Assembly (NCBI GenBank): GCA_902622845.1
Contig: CACNRI010000002.1
Span: 85,035 to 149,034, forward strand
DNA: 64,000 nt
Direction: 5' to 3'
Source: an uncultured SAR86 cluster bacterium
GTDB taxonomy: Bacteria; Pseudomonadota; Gammaproteobacteria; Magnimaribacterales; D2472
Shown: positions 51,168 through 60,592 of the stretch, one piece after another
How the letters are laid out: each line of letters opens with the position of its first letter
Position numbering within the stretch: position 1 is the first letter of the stretch
Program-made: the position numbers and the translations under genes
Notes under the pieces: generated by a model
What the model was told of the DNA's origin: nothing
The model's database searches: none
What the model saw: the letters and a program-made list of their open reading frames with translations, nothing else

Positions 51168-52157
51168 ATGATTTTTAGGTTTTTTTTATTACTAGCTTTA
51201 TCTTTTTCATATTTTATTTCAGCTGAGCAGATTTCCATTATGTCCTACAATCTAAATAATTTATTTGATGCTCAGGATGATGTTGGAAAAGATGATAAAG
51301 CTTATTTACCTATTGAGCTCAAAAACAATGATGATCATATTATGGGATGCTTACAAGTTAAGAATTCTAAGTGGAGAAATGAATGCTTATTCCTCGATTG
51401 GGATGATGAGGTAGTTCAAAAAAAGATTTCAAATATTTCAGATCTTTTGATCTCAATGGGAGAATCTCAACCAGATATCATCGCAATACAAGAAATTGAA
51501 AATTTAAATGTTCTTCGAATGCTCTTTAGAAAAATAGAAGGCTTTGGATATACAGATTTTGCTCTTATTGAAGGCGAAGATTATAGAGGAATTGATAATG
51601 CCATTATTTCAAAGTACCCAATCTATGGTGCAAGAAATTTTAAGATAAGGTTCTCAGATTCTGTCGAGGTGACAAGTTCGAGACCAATTTTTGAGGTGAA
51701 ACTTGGTCTTAATAAAGAAATCATAAGAGTTTATGTTGTCCATTTTCCTGCTCCATATAACAGCGCTAATTCAAGAATTGACGCATTAAATAACCTTTAT
51801 GCGATTGTGAACTCTCATGATGATAAGTGGATTGCTTTAGGAGATTTCAATATCACTTCTCAAGAGGAGAAAGAACTAGGTATATATTCTCAACTTAATA
51901 GTGATTGGTACGTCTCTCATCTTGACGGATGTACAAAATGTAAGGGTACTTTCTTTTATAGTCAGGATGGAACCTGGAGTTTTTTAGATGCAATTGTTTT
52001 TCCAAAAAATAAAAAGATGAGTTTAGATACCGCATACATCTTCAAAAATGAAATAAATGTTGATACCAAAGATGGTAAACCAAGGAATTTTGGAATCTTA
52101 ACAGGTAAGGGTATTTCAGATCATCTGCCTGTCGTAGCAGAAATAAATATCAATTAA
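51168..52157 (+). CDS. secreted endonuclease/exonuclease/phosphatase (EEP) family nuclease
   Basis: Signal peptide; YNLNNLFD, QEIEN, RGID, HFP, GDFN, SDHLPV. Confidence 0.9.
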   Translation: MIFRFFLLLALSFSYFISAEQISIMSYNLNNLFDAQDDVGKDDKAYLPIELKNNDDHIMGCLQVKNSKWRNECLFLDWDDEVVQKKISNISDLLISMGESQPDIIAIQEIENLNVLRMLFRKIEGFGYTDFALIEGEDYRGIDNAIISKYPIYGARNFKIRFSDSVEVTSSRPIFEVKLGLNKEIIRVYVVHFPAPYNSANSRIDALNNLYAIVNSHDDKWIALGDFNITSQEEKELGIYSQLNSDWYVSHLDGCTKCKGTFFYSQDGTWSFLDAIVFPKNKKMSLDTAYIFKNEINVDTKDGKPRNFGILTGKGISDHLPVVAEININ

Positions 52158-52977
52158 CTCTAATATTTTCTAATTTTGCTTTTGTTTTTGACTTCTCATC
52201 AAGAAGTTCAAATCCATATATAGATTGTTCCCAATGGCCGTAAACAGGGTTGGCTAGCATAAACCACTTATTACCCCACATATTCTCATGTTTAACAACA
52301 GAGTCTTTTCTAGTGACATAATCAGCTTTATCTGGAAGATCAAAGAAATCATTAAGATTATCTCCAAACATCATTATCACTCTATGATCTTTAGAAACAT
52401 GTGACCTTCTTGAAGCTTTACTAGAACCCCAACCGTTTTCACCTCGTGTTAGGAGTACATCAATATCATCATCAAATGGTAGCCCAAGTTTTTTAATATT
52501 ATTTTTTGTAGCCTCCTCATAAACAGTTCTTCGATTAGTAACGTAAAAGATTTTTACCCCTTTTTCTTGAGCACTCAGAAGGAAATCCTTAACCCCGGGA
52601 ATCAAAGTTGCTTTTTCTTCATATATCCATATATCCCAACCCTCAGGATAGTTAGTTTGATTCATGATAGATCTTGCATTGAAGGGCGTATTGTCTAATA
52701 CAGTCTCATCAACATCTAAGATTATTGCGGGAGTTCTTTCTGTCTTTCCCTTGGATTCAAGAACTGCATCCCAATTTTCATCATTTATAGCTCTATCTAG
52801 AAGATCAGTTGCAGTGTTATAGGTCTGAACAAAGGTAGCCTTTATCTCACCAGATGTTTGTGAATAAAGAACTGACATAAGTGATTCAAGGTTTTTATCA
52901 GCACCTGAACTAACACTAAAGAGAAAAATAACGCTTGAAAAGAAAAGGTTTCTTTTATTTATCACGCCAACCTTCAC
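52150..52977 (-). CDS. class C acid phosphatase / 5'-nucleotidase (e(P4)-like HAD)
   Basis: LDVDETVLDN, YVTNR, K..RR, GDNLNDF, NPVYGHW; signal peptide; the start may be GTG 52965. Confidence 0.9.
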   Translation of the reverse strand: MKVGVINKRNLFFSSVIFLFSVSSGADKNLESLMSVLYSQTSGEIKATFVQTYNTATDLLDRAINDENWDAVLESKGKTERTPAIILDVDETVLDNTPFNARSIMNQTNYPEGWDIWIYEEKATLIPGVKDFLLSAQEKGVKIFYVTNRRTVYEEATKNNIKKLGLPFDDDIDVLLTRGENGWGSSKASRRSHVSKDHRVIMMFGDNLNDFFDLPDKADYVTRKDSVVKHENMWGNKWFMLANPVYGHWEQSIYGFELLDEKSKTKAKLENIRVN

Positions 52978-53356
52978 GATCGAAAATTCTTAAGTAAGCT
53001 AGCTGATCGTGCTCTGATTTATTTGATACTTTTACGTAGTCTCCTGATTGAACAAGAATGACATCACCAGTAACTAAATCATATGAGTCTTGATGTTCAA
53101 CACCATAGGATGGGTCACCACCATGTCCTTCCTCAGAATTCATGTATTCTACAACCTCCATTCTTCCGCGACCATTCACAACTACGTAGACTACATCTGA
53201 ATCTATAAGCTTGTGACCCTCAGTCGACTGACCTGGCTGAATAATAGTTTTACTTGCTATCACCTTACCAAGGAGATCATTTGTCCAAACAGTATAAGCA
53301 TCTGTTTCTTTGTATGGGGAACCCCCAACTCTAAAATTAACGTATTTTCTTGCCAT
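52955..53356 (-). CDS. cupin-fold protein with a degenerate metal site
   Basis: IQPGQSTEGH....VYVVVNGRGRMEV and GDVILVQSGDYVKVSN cupin motifs. Confidence 0.75.
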   Translation of the reverse strand: MARKYVNFRVGGSPYKETDAYTVWTNDLLGKVIASKTIIQPGQSTEGHKLIDSDVVYVVVNGRGRMEVVEYMNSEEGHGGDPSYGVEHQDSYDLVTGDVILVQSGDYVKVSNKSEHDQLAYLRIFDREGWRDK

Positions 53357-53486
53357 AATAATTCTCTAAAACATAATGATACTTGATCAAAAAAAAATAT
53401 CATTGATTTTTTTGGATTTTTTTCTTTTTAATTCATCAAAATAAAGCTTTATAATATCGTTCATCAAATTTTAAAAAATAATTCAT

Positions 53487-54779
53487 ATGAGCAAAATCTA
53501 CAAAAACCCAGAAACCATAGGACTTCATGCAGGCTGGCGTAAAGATGAGAATACTAATTCAGTAGCAGTGCCGATTCATCAGACTACAAGCTATCAGTTT
53601 GATGATTGTGATCATGCTGCTAATTTATTTGCACTATCTGAACTTGGAAACATTTATACAAGGATAATGAATCCTACAGTTGCAGTTCTTGAGGATAGAA
53701 TATCAGCTATTGAAGGAGGAGTTGGTGCCTTGGGTGTTGCTTCAGGCTTAGCGGCATCTGCTTATGCTATTCAAAATCTATGCAAAAGTGGAGATAATTT
53801 TATCTCATCGACACACCTCTATGGAGGAACCTATAATCAGTTTAAAAATACTTTTGCTAGCATGGGTATTGAAGTAAGATTTGTTGATCCAAGTGATCCT
53901 CAAAACTTTTTAGATGCTGTAGATGAGAAAACAAGAGCCTTTTATGGTGAAACTTTACCAAATCCAAGTTTTGAAGTTTTTCCAATTGGTGAAGTTGCAG
54001 CTTTAGGAAAACCTTTAGGTATTCCATTAATTATTGACAATACAGCAGGTCCAGTTATTTGTAGACCTTTTGATCACGGTGCTGCAGTAATAGTCCACTC
54101 AACAACAAAATACATTGGTGGTCATGGAACATCAATTGGAGGAATAATTGTAGATAGTGGAAATTTTGATTGGGAAGCTGTTCCAGAGAGACAGCCATCT
54201 CTAAATACTCCTGATCCCTCTTATTCCGATGCTATTTGGACTGAAGCAGTTAAACCGCTCGGACCTATTGCATATATTTTGAAAGCGAGAACCACTCTTT
54301 TAAGAGATCTTGGAGCAGCAATGAGTCCTTTTAATGCATTTATGTTTATTCAAGGACTTGAAACGCTAGCATTAAGGATGAAAGAGCACTCAAAGAATGG
54401 AGCTAGAGTTGCAGAATTTTTACAAAATCATCCAAAAGTTGAAAGGGTCAGCTATCCTTCAGTAGCAGACGGCTTTAAAAAAGAAAGAGCTGATAATTAT
54501 CTTAATGGAGGCTGTGGAGGCTTAATGGGTTTTGAAATCAAAGGCGGACTGGAATCTGGTAAGAAATTTATTGAGTCGCTAGAAATGTTTTACCATGTTG
54601 CCAATATTGGAGATTCAAAAAGTCTTGCAATACATCCTGCAAGTACAACACATAGCCAACTTAATGAGGAAGAGCTTTTGAGTGGGGGCGTTAGTCCCGG
54701 CTATATAAGACTCTCTATTGGGATAGAGCATATAGATGATATTCTTGAGGATCTTGGCAATGCGCTCGATAATAGCTAA
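53487..54779 (+). CDS. metY: O-acetylhomoserine/O-acetylserine sulfhydrylase
   Basis: PIHQTTSY, YTRIMNPT, YGGT, DNT, HSTTKYIGGHG PLP-Lys, NIGD, RLSIGIEH. Confidence 0.93.
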   Translation: MSKIYKNPETIGLHAGWRKDENTNSVAVPIHQTTSYQFDDCDHAANLFALSELGNIYTRIMNPTVAVLEDRISAIEGGVGALGVASGLAASAYAIQNLCKSGDNFISSTHLYGGTYNQFKNTFASMGIEVRFVDPSDPQNFLDAVDEKTRAFYGETLPNPSFEVFPIGEVAALGKPLGIPLIIDNTAGPVICRPFDHGAAVIVHSTTKYIGGHGTSIGGIIVDSGNFDWEAVPERQPSLNTPDPSYSDAIWTEAVKPLGPIAYILKARTTLLRDLGAAMSPFNAFMFIQGLETLALRMKEHSKNGARVAEFLQNHPKVERVSYPSVADGFKKERADNYLNGGCGGLMGFEIKGGLESGKKFIESLEMFYHVANIGDSKSLAIHPASTTHSQLNEEELLSGGVSPGYIRLSIGIEHIDDILEDLGNALDNS

Positions 54780-54782
54780 AGC

Positions 54783-55292
54783 TTGAATAAGTTAATAAAC
54801 TATATATATATCGGTTCAGAAAAAAGGTTAGGCCAACTCAAGCTATTCAAAGAAGAAAATTTTGAAAAAGTTACAAAATTGAATTTCTCTAATGAAAGAG
54901 ATATAGGAGATTTGTTGGACACTGAGGTAGCAGATTTCGAAGGAAATATTATTGTTATTCTCCTTCCAGGCTGTGTTCCAAGCAAAGATGCAAGAGCTAC
55001 ATTAAAAAAGATTGCATTGATAAATCAGCTTTCATGGGGCTGGTTTGAAGGAAATAAGAAATTTACAGATATGATTTCGCAAATTAAGAAAATTAGTACC
55101 ATAGTCACTAAAACGCCAAACACCGATCAAGGTATATATTTGTCGAGAGAACTTTATTTTTCACTAGGAGGTTTTGGAGAGCTTAATAAATTCTCATTTA
55201 AAGAAATCTCAAAAAGACTTTATTCGAGACTCGACCCCCAAAAACCATTGCCACCACTTATAATTAAATCAAAGAAGGTCCAAGTCTCATAA
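54783..55292 (+). CDS. hypothetical protein resembling a degenerate GT2-like (TIGR04283-type) transferase
   Basis: WGWF, DQGIYLSRELYFSLGGF and EISKRL resemble the C-terminal half of that family; the DxD motif is absent. Confidence 0.5.
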   Translation: MNKLINYIYIGSEKRLGQLKLFKEENFEKVTKLNFSNERDIGDLLDTEVADFEGNIIVILLPGCVPSKDARATLKKIALINQLSWGWFEGNKKFTDMISQIKKISTIVTKTPNTDQGIYLSRELYFSLGGFGELNKFSFKEISKRLYSRLDPQKPLPPLIIKSKKVQVS

Positions 55293-55294
55293 CT

Positions 55295-55864
55295 ATGCAT
55301 TTTTTAGAAGCTAAAAACATTTCATATAAGATTAATGATAGAAATATACTAAGTAGCATAACTTTCGATATAGGCTTTGGCGAGTTAGTAAAAATCTCAG
55401 GAAGAAATGGATCAGGAAAAACTACACTTTTAAAAATAATTATTGGATTAACAAAACAGACAAAGGGATCCTTAACAAGGAAGAGTGAAGAAAAGATCTG
55501 TTTTCTTGGACACAAAAGTGGGTTAAAAAACTATTTAACTGTCAGAGAAAACCTCCTTATACAAGATTTAAAAATAGATTCATTAAACCTTGACCTCCTT
55601 GAAAAATTTAATCTAAAGAGACATATCGACAATTCTGTTGGAACTCTATCTTTTGGACAACAAAAAAAATTATCTTTAATAAGGATTTTAAATGCAAAGG
55701 AGAGAATTATAATTCTAGATGAGCCTTTTGTGGGATTGGATGAAGAAAGTAAAAATATCCTAAGAGAGTTTATGGATTCCGTAAAAAAAGATAACAGAAC
55801 TCTCATATTCACATCTCATATTGATCTTGAAGATAACTATAGGGAAATCAAGATAGATGACTAG
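55295..55864 (+). CDS. ccmA: heme ABC exporter ATP-binding subunit
   Basis: GRNGSGKTT, LGHK.GLK..LTVREN, LSFGQQKK, LDEPF, TSH; first gene of the ccm operon. Confidence 0.9.
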   Translation: MHFLEAKNISYKINDRNILSSITFDIGFGELVKISGRNGSGKTTLLKIIIGLTKQTKGSLTRKSEEKICFLGHKSGLKNYLTVRENLLIQDLKIDSLNLDLLEKFNLKRHIDNSVGTLSFGQQKKLSLIRILNAKERIIILDEPFVGLDEESKNILREFMDSVKKDNRTLIFTSHIDLEDNYREIKIDD

Positions 55865-56507
55865 AAATTTACTATTTATTGAGGGCTTTAAACTATTTAA
55901 AAGGAGTAGGGCTTGGGTTGGACCTGTATTAGTTTTCCTTTTAATAATAATTTCTTTTCCTTTAACGCTGGATATAAATAGCGATAATCCGCCTCAAATT
56001 TATCTATCTTTTATTTGGATTTCTACACTTTTGGTTACTATGCTAGGAACTGAATTGATTTTCTCTGAAGATTTTGAGGATGGTACTCTCGAGCAATATG
56101 CAGTAAATAACAAGCTTTTTGAAATTGTTTTTTACAAAATCCTTGTTCATTGGGTATTGATTGGCATTCCTCTGGCTTTTGTCGCTTTTCTATTTATCTT
56201 ATCTTTGAACATATCAATCTATATAAGTTCAATTGCTTTGCTATGTTTAGTAATCTCAAATCTAATTTTTATTAATTTCTTTTCTCTAGGAAATGCCCTT
56301 AGCCTTAAAAAAGGATCTATTCTAGGTCTTTTAATAACGATTCCATTTTTAATTCCTGTATTGATTGTTCTTGGCAAAATCACAACGTCAACCCTGCTGG
56401 GGTTAAGTTTGGTGGGTCATTTGAGCCTTTTAGTAGGAGTAATGATTCTGGTAGCAAGTTTTATACCATTTATTATTTCATTTATACTGAGAACGCATTT
56501 GGAATAG
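55857..56507 (+). CDS. ccmB: heme exporter membrane protein B
   Basis: F.EDFEDGTLEQ, K.LVHW, LL..P..IPVLI. Confidence 0.9.
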   Translation: MTRNLLFIEGFKLFKRSRAWVGPVLVFLLIIISFPLTLDINSDNPPQIYLSFIWISTLLVTMLGTELIFSEDFEDGTLEQYAVNNKLFEIVFYKILVHWVLIGIPLAFVAFLFILSLNISIYISSIALLCLVISNLIFINFFSLGNALSLKKGSILGLLITIPFLIPVLIVLGKITTSTLLGLSLVGHLSLLVGVMILVASFIPFIISFILRTHLE

Positions 56508-56532
56508 CAAAAAAAACCCATATATTATTTTT

Positions 56533-57261
56533 GTGATTAAAAAATTTTTTCATCAATTTGCCTCTCCTAAGAGTTACTTTGCTATTGCTAATAAGTTTGG
56601 TAAGCCTTTTTTGACATTCTTTTTTTTACTTTATATTAGCGCTTTAGTATGGGGGCTTTTTTTTACGCCTCCTGATTTAGTCCAAGGAAATTCTTACAGA
56701 ATAATTTATATGCATGTTCCAGCATCATTTATGGCTCAAATTCTTTTTGTTGTAATGGCAATTACCTCAGCTGTCTTTCTTATTTGGAGGCTCAAATTAG
56801 CTGCTTATGTTTCAAAATCAATCGCCCCAATTGGAGCAATTGTGACTTTCTTCGCGCTATTTTCTGGCTCTATATGGGGAATACCAACTTGGGGTACCTG
56901 GTGGCAGTGGGATGCCAGAATTACCTCTACATTAATTTTATTCATAATGTATCTTGGTTTGATTTCTTTGCACGCATCTTTTGAAAATAAAGATAAGGCT
57001 GACAAGTTTTTCTCAGTGCTGGTTTTAATAGGATTAGTGAATATACCAATAATTAAGAAATCAGTAGATTGGTGGTCAACACTTCATCAGTCTGCATCCA
57101 TAACATTGACGAGCAAGCCCGCAATTGATCCAGTGATGTTGTATCCCTTAATGTTTTCTATAGTCAGTTTTATAGGCCTAATTTTTGGGTTAATTATTCT
57201 TTCTTCACAGAATGAAATCTTAAAAAGGGAAAAATATAAAAGCTGGGTAAAAAATATTTGA
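56533..57261 (+). CDS. ccmC: heme exporter protein C
   Basis: QG.SYRIIYMHVP, WG.PTWGTWWQWDARITS (WWD domain), TLHQ. Confidence 0.96.
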   Translation: MIKKFFHQFASPKSYFAIANKFGKPFLTFFFLLYISALVWGLFFTPPDLVQGNSYRIIYMHVPASFMAQILFVVMAITSAVFLIWRLKLAAYVSKSIAPIGAIVTFFALFSGSIWGIPTWGTWWQWDARITSTLILFIMYLGLISLHASFENKDKADKFFSVLVLIGLVNIPIIKKSVDWWSTLHQSASITLTSKPAIDPVMLYPLMFSIVSFIGLIFGLIILSSQNEILKREKYKSWVKNI

Positions 57262-57263
57262 AA

Positions 57264-57422
57264 ATGAATCGAGATGGCTTAATAAATATTCTAAGCTTGG
57301 GAGATCATGGAGTGTATGTATGGATTGTTATAGTTGTTCTTTTTGTAATCCTGGGATCTACGATCATTCTCCTGAATAGAAAAATACGACAAGCCAAGAA
57401 AGAAATAAATGAAGAAGCATAG
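57264..57422 (+). CDS. ccmD: heme exporter protein D (52 aa; not in the ORF track)
   Basis: Translates as MNRDGLINILSLGDHGVYVWIVIVVLFVILGSTIILLNRKIRQAKKEINEEA: GxHGxYVW motif, one TM, basic tail; lies between ccmC and ccmE. Confidence 0.85.
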   Translation: MNRDGLINILSLGDHGVYVWIVIVVLFVILGSTIILLNRKIRQAKKEINEEA

Positions 57423-57822
57423 AAAAAAAAGACTTTTTGGAGTTCTTCTAATTATAGGCAGCTCTTGTTTAGGTATTGGTTTAATTTTGTATGCGCTCAA
57501 TTCAAACCTTGATTATTTTTTAACACCTAGCGAACTAAAAAAAAGTAATGAAAATGTTGTTTTATCATCAAATACAAGAGTTAAGCTTGGTGGTATGGTA
57601 AAAAAAGATAGCTTTTTCATAAATGAAAACAAAGTAAACTTCGAGGTTACTGATTTTGAAGACTCTATTAAAGTTATTTATGAAGGCTTATTACCAGATT
57701 TATTTAAAGAGGGAAAAGGTATTGTTGTCCTTGGCAAATACAATGATGGAATTTTTTATGCAGATGAAGTTTTTGCCAAGCATGATGAGAACTATATGCC
57801 ACCAAACCTAGAATTGGACTAA
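57409..57822 (+). CDS. ccmE: heme chaperone
   Basis: LGGMV, YEGLLPDLFKEG, AKHDENYMPP heme-binding HxxxY. Confidence 0.96.
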   Translation: MKKHRKKRLFGVLLIIGSSCLGIGLILYALNSNLDYFLTPSELKKSNENVVLSSNTRVKLGGMVKKDSFFINENKVNFEVTDFEDSIKVIYEGLLPDLFKEGKGIVVLGKYNDGIFYADEVFAKHDENYMPPNLELD

Positions 57823-57824
57823 TT

Positions 57825-59717
57825 ATGTTAGGTGAAATAAGTCACTTCTTAGCTTTTTCCTCATCAATTGTGTTTTTGGCCTGCTTTGTTCTAGCTTTCT
57901 TGTCCTATTCCTCAAATACTAACAGCATAAGTATTTTTGTTCCCAAGGTTTTTGTATTGGGATCATTAACATTAATTACTTCATTTTTACTATTTGTTTA
58001 TTTAGCAATAATCGATGATTTCTCTATGGCTTACATAGCGAGTCACTCAAACTCAAATCTTCCAACCTTTTATAAAGTTACTTCAATATGGAGCGCACAT
58101 GAAGGTTCACTATTTCTTTGGGTTTTAATAATTTCTTTATGGGGCCTATTTTTCTTAATATTTAGAAATCGTTCAACAACGACTTTTTATCCTCAAACAA
58201 TAGGGATAATTTCATTAGTGGTAGCATGCTTCCTTCTTTTTTTATTATTCATTTCAAGTCCATTTGAAAGAATCTTGCCTTTTGGAGTTCCCGATGGAGC
58301 TGACATTAATCCCATCTTGCAAGATCCAGCTTTAGCAATTCACCCACCAATGCTTTATTTCGGTTACATTGGTTTTGTTATTCCTTTTGCATTTGTTACA
58401 GCTTTTCTAATAAGTGGAAGGTTTGAAAAGTTTCCAATTGCAGAAATTAAGAGTTTTATATTGTCATCTTGGATATTTCTTACAATTGGAATAGCTCTTG
58501 GAAGTTGGTGGGCTTATTACGAACTTGGTTGGGGTGGCTATTGGTTTTGGGATCCAGTGGAAAATGTTGCTCTGATGCCTTGGTTGGCAGGGACAGCGCT
58601 TCTCCATACAGTTTACGTTTCTTCTAGATCAAAGAATCTAATAGCATGGACAATATTTTTATCAATTCTTGCATTTACGCTGAGTTTATTTGGAGCTTTC
58701 ATTGTTAGATCTGGGATAATTGATAGCGTTCACTCATTTGCAAATGACCCAACAAGAGGTTTGTACTTGCTTGGAATGTCTGCATTCTTAATTACTGGCC
58801 CAATTATGCTTTTTGTTAAAAATTTATCAAGAATCTTATCTATTAATAAGGTAAAAGACTTTTCTAAAGAATTTTTTATTGGTGCAAACAATATCTTTTT
58901 CATTACCGCAGTATTTATTATTTTCTTAGGCATATCCTATCCATTAATACTAGAAGCGTTTTCAGATTCTAGAGTTTCAGTAGGAAGTCCTTTCTACAAT
59001 AAAGTATTTGCCCCACTAACCTTTATAACCTCTTTATTCTTGGTTTTTTCAACTTATTCAATATGGTCTCGCGATATACCTATAATGAGAATCATAAAAT
59101 CTTCAACAGTAATCTTTGCTTTAACGATATTGTCTTCCATCGCGATCATATTTTTTCTAGATAGTTTTGAGTGGTGGCTAATAGGAGGTATTTTTTTTGG
59201 TAACTTAATTCTTATAAGATACATATTATTGATTATTGATTCTGTTATTTCTAAAAAATACTTTAATCAAGGGAGTGCAATAGCACATATAGGTTTTGCA
59301 CTATTGATCATCTCTATTTCATTAAATGCTGCTCTCAGCAGTGAAAGAACATTTAGCATGAGTGTCGGAGATGAAGTTAAATTTAATGAGAATACAATTG
59401 AGTTTGATAAGATTTCATTACAAAAAAGTTCTAACTTTGAATCCCTTTCTGCAGACTTTATTTTTTCAAATGGAGATGATACTTTTAAGCTTTATCCAGA
59501 AAAAAGAAAATATTTTGTAAGAGGTGAAATTACAACTGAATCAGATATATCCATAAAGCCTATAAAAGATATATATATAACAATTGGCGAGCAGCAATCC
59601 AGCGGCAAATGGATAGTTAATGTACAAGAAAACTATTTTGTTAGATTGATTTGGATTTCTGCAATAATAATGAGCTTAGGCGCAGTTTTAGTGATCAGAA
59701 GAAAAATTTATGTTTGA
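57825..59717 (+). CDS. ccmF: cytochrome c heme lyase subunit
   Basis: HEGS, HPPMLY, WAYYELGWGGYWFWDPVEN, SVHSF. Confidence 0.96.
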   Translation: MLGEISHFLAFSSSIVFLACFVLAFLSYSSNTNSISIFVPKVFVLGSLTLITSFLLFVYLAIIDDFSMAYIASHSNSNLPTFYKVTSIWSAHEGSLFLWVLIISLWGLFFLIFRNRSTTTFYPQTIGIISLVVACFLLFLLFISSPFERILPFGVPDGADINPILQDPALAIHPPMLYFGYIGFVIPFAFVTAFLISGRFEKFPIAEIKSFILSSWIFLTIGIALGSWWAYYELGWGGYWFWDPVENVALMPWLAGTALLHTVYVSSRSKNLIAWTIFLSILAFTLSLFGAFIVRSGIIDSVHSFANDPTRGLYLLGMSAFLITGPIMLFVKNLSRILSINKVKDFSKEFFIGANNIFFITAVFIIFLGISYPLILEAFSDSRVSVGSPFYNKVFAPLTFITSLFLVFSTYSIWSRDIPIMRIIKSSTVIFALTILSSIAIIFFLDSFEWWLIGGIFFGNLILIRYILLIIDSVISKKYFNQGSAIAHIGFALLIISISLNAALSSERTFSMSVGDEVKFNENTIEFDKISLQKSSNFESLSADFIFSNGDDTFKLYPEKRKYFVRGEITTESDISIKPIKDIYITIGEQQSSGKWIVNVQENYFVRLIWISAIIMSLGAVLVIRRKIYV

Positions 59718-60231
59718 GTCAACTTTGAGAACCTTAATAGTAATTATATTTTTATCAGCTGTTATTCTTTTTACATCTTTAATAAGAAATAATAATAACA
59801 GCCAGTCTCAAGCAGATCTCAATACTCCATTACCTGAATTTACTCTTGGGACTCTTCATTTAGAAAAAAAGATTACAAATGAGGATTTAGAAGATCTTTT
59901 TGTGCTTAATGTTTGGGCAAGTTGGTGCATAACTTGTAGAGTTGAGCATCCATTCTTAGAAGAGATATCAAAAACAATTCCTATCATTGGACTAAATTAT
60001 AAGGATGAAAAGAACAATGCTACTGACTGGTTAAATAAGCTTGGAGATCCATATATTTTTTCTCTATATGATTATTATGGAGAGCTTGCACTTGATTTAG
60101 GCGTAACAGGAGCTCCAGAAACATTTTTAGTTCATAAAGGAAGAATAATTTCACATCATGTCGGCGAAGTAAATCAGAAGGTGTGGAGCTCTAAATTTTT
60201 ATCAAAAATAAATCAAATTAATAATGATTAG
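59710..60231 (+). CDS. ccmG: thiol:disulfide interchange protein DsbE
   Basis: NVWASWCITCRVEHP, GLNYKD, GVTGAPETF. Confidence 0.95.
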   Translation: MFESTLRTLIVIIFLSAVILFTSLIRNNNNSQSQADLNTPLPEFTLGTLHLEKKITNEDLEDLFVLNVWASWCITCRVEHPFLEEISKTIPIIGLNYKDEKNNATDWLNKLGDPYIFSLYDYYGELALDLGVTGAPETFLVHKGRIISHHVGEVNQKVWSSKFLSKINQINND

Positions 60232-60592
60232 GCTCATTACTATCTCCATGATTTTTTCAGTATATACAGCTGCGGAATCTCTTTTCATTTTTAATTCTGA
60301 TGAAGATGAGGCTAGATACTACCAAATTATAAACGAGATTAGATGCCCAAAATGCACTAGTGGCTCATTATCAAGCAGCAATGCACCAATATCTGAAGAC
60401 CTTAAGAGAAAGATTTATGAGCTCATTCAAGAGGGCCGCTCTGATCAAGAAATTAAAGATTATGTTGTTCAACGATATGGAAAAGATTCATTGTATGAGC
60501 CGGACTTCTCAGAGAATTTATTTTTATGGTTAAGTCCCGTTATATTTCTGATCCTAATAGCTGTTAGTGTCCTGCTAATAAGAAGAAGATGA
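60224..60592 (+). CDS. ccmH: cytochrome c biogenesis protein CcmH
   Basis: IRCPKC, SNAPISEDL, RYG...LY.P, C-terminal TM. Confidence 0.93.
   Translation: MIRLITISMIFSVYTAAESLFIFNSDEDEARYYQIINEIRCPKCTSGSLSSSNAPISEDLKRKIYELIQEGRSDQEIKDYVVQRYGKDSLYEPDFSENLFLWLSPVIFLILIAVSVLLIRRR

Noticed and set aside
53357-53486. Possible SAM riboswitch or operator upstream of metY; TTCATCAAA occurs twice (53432, 53460) and TTGATCAA at 53383
   Set aside because: The region is extremely AT-rich with no SAM-I/II/V core that I can recognise; such short repeats are expected by chance at this composition
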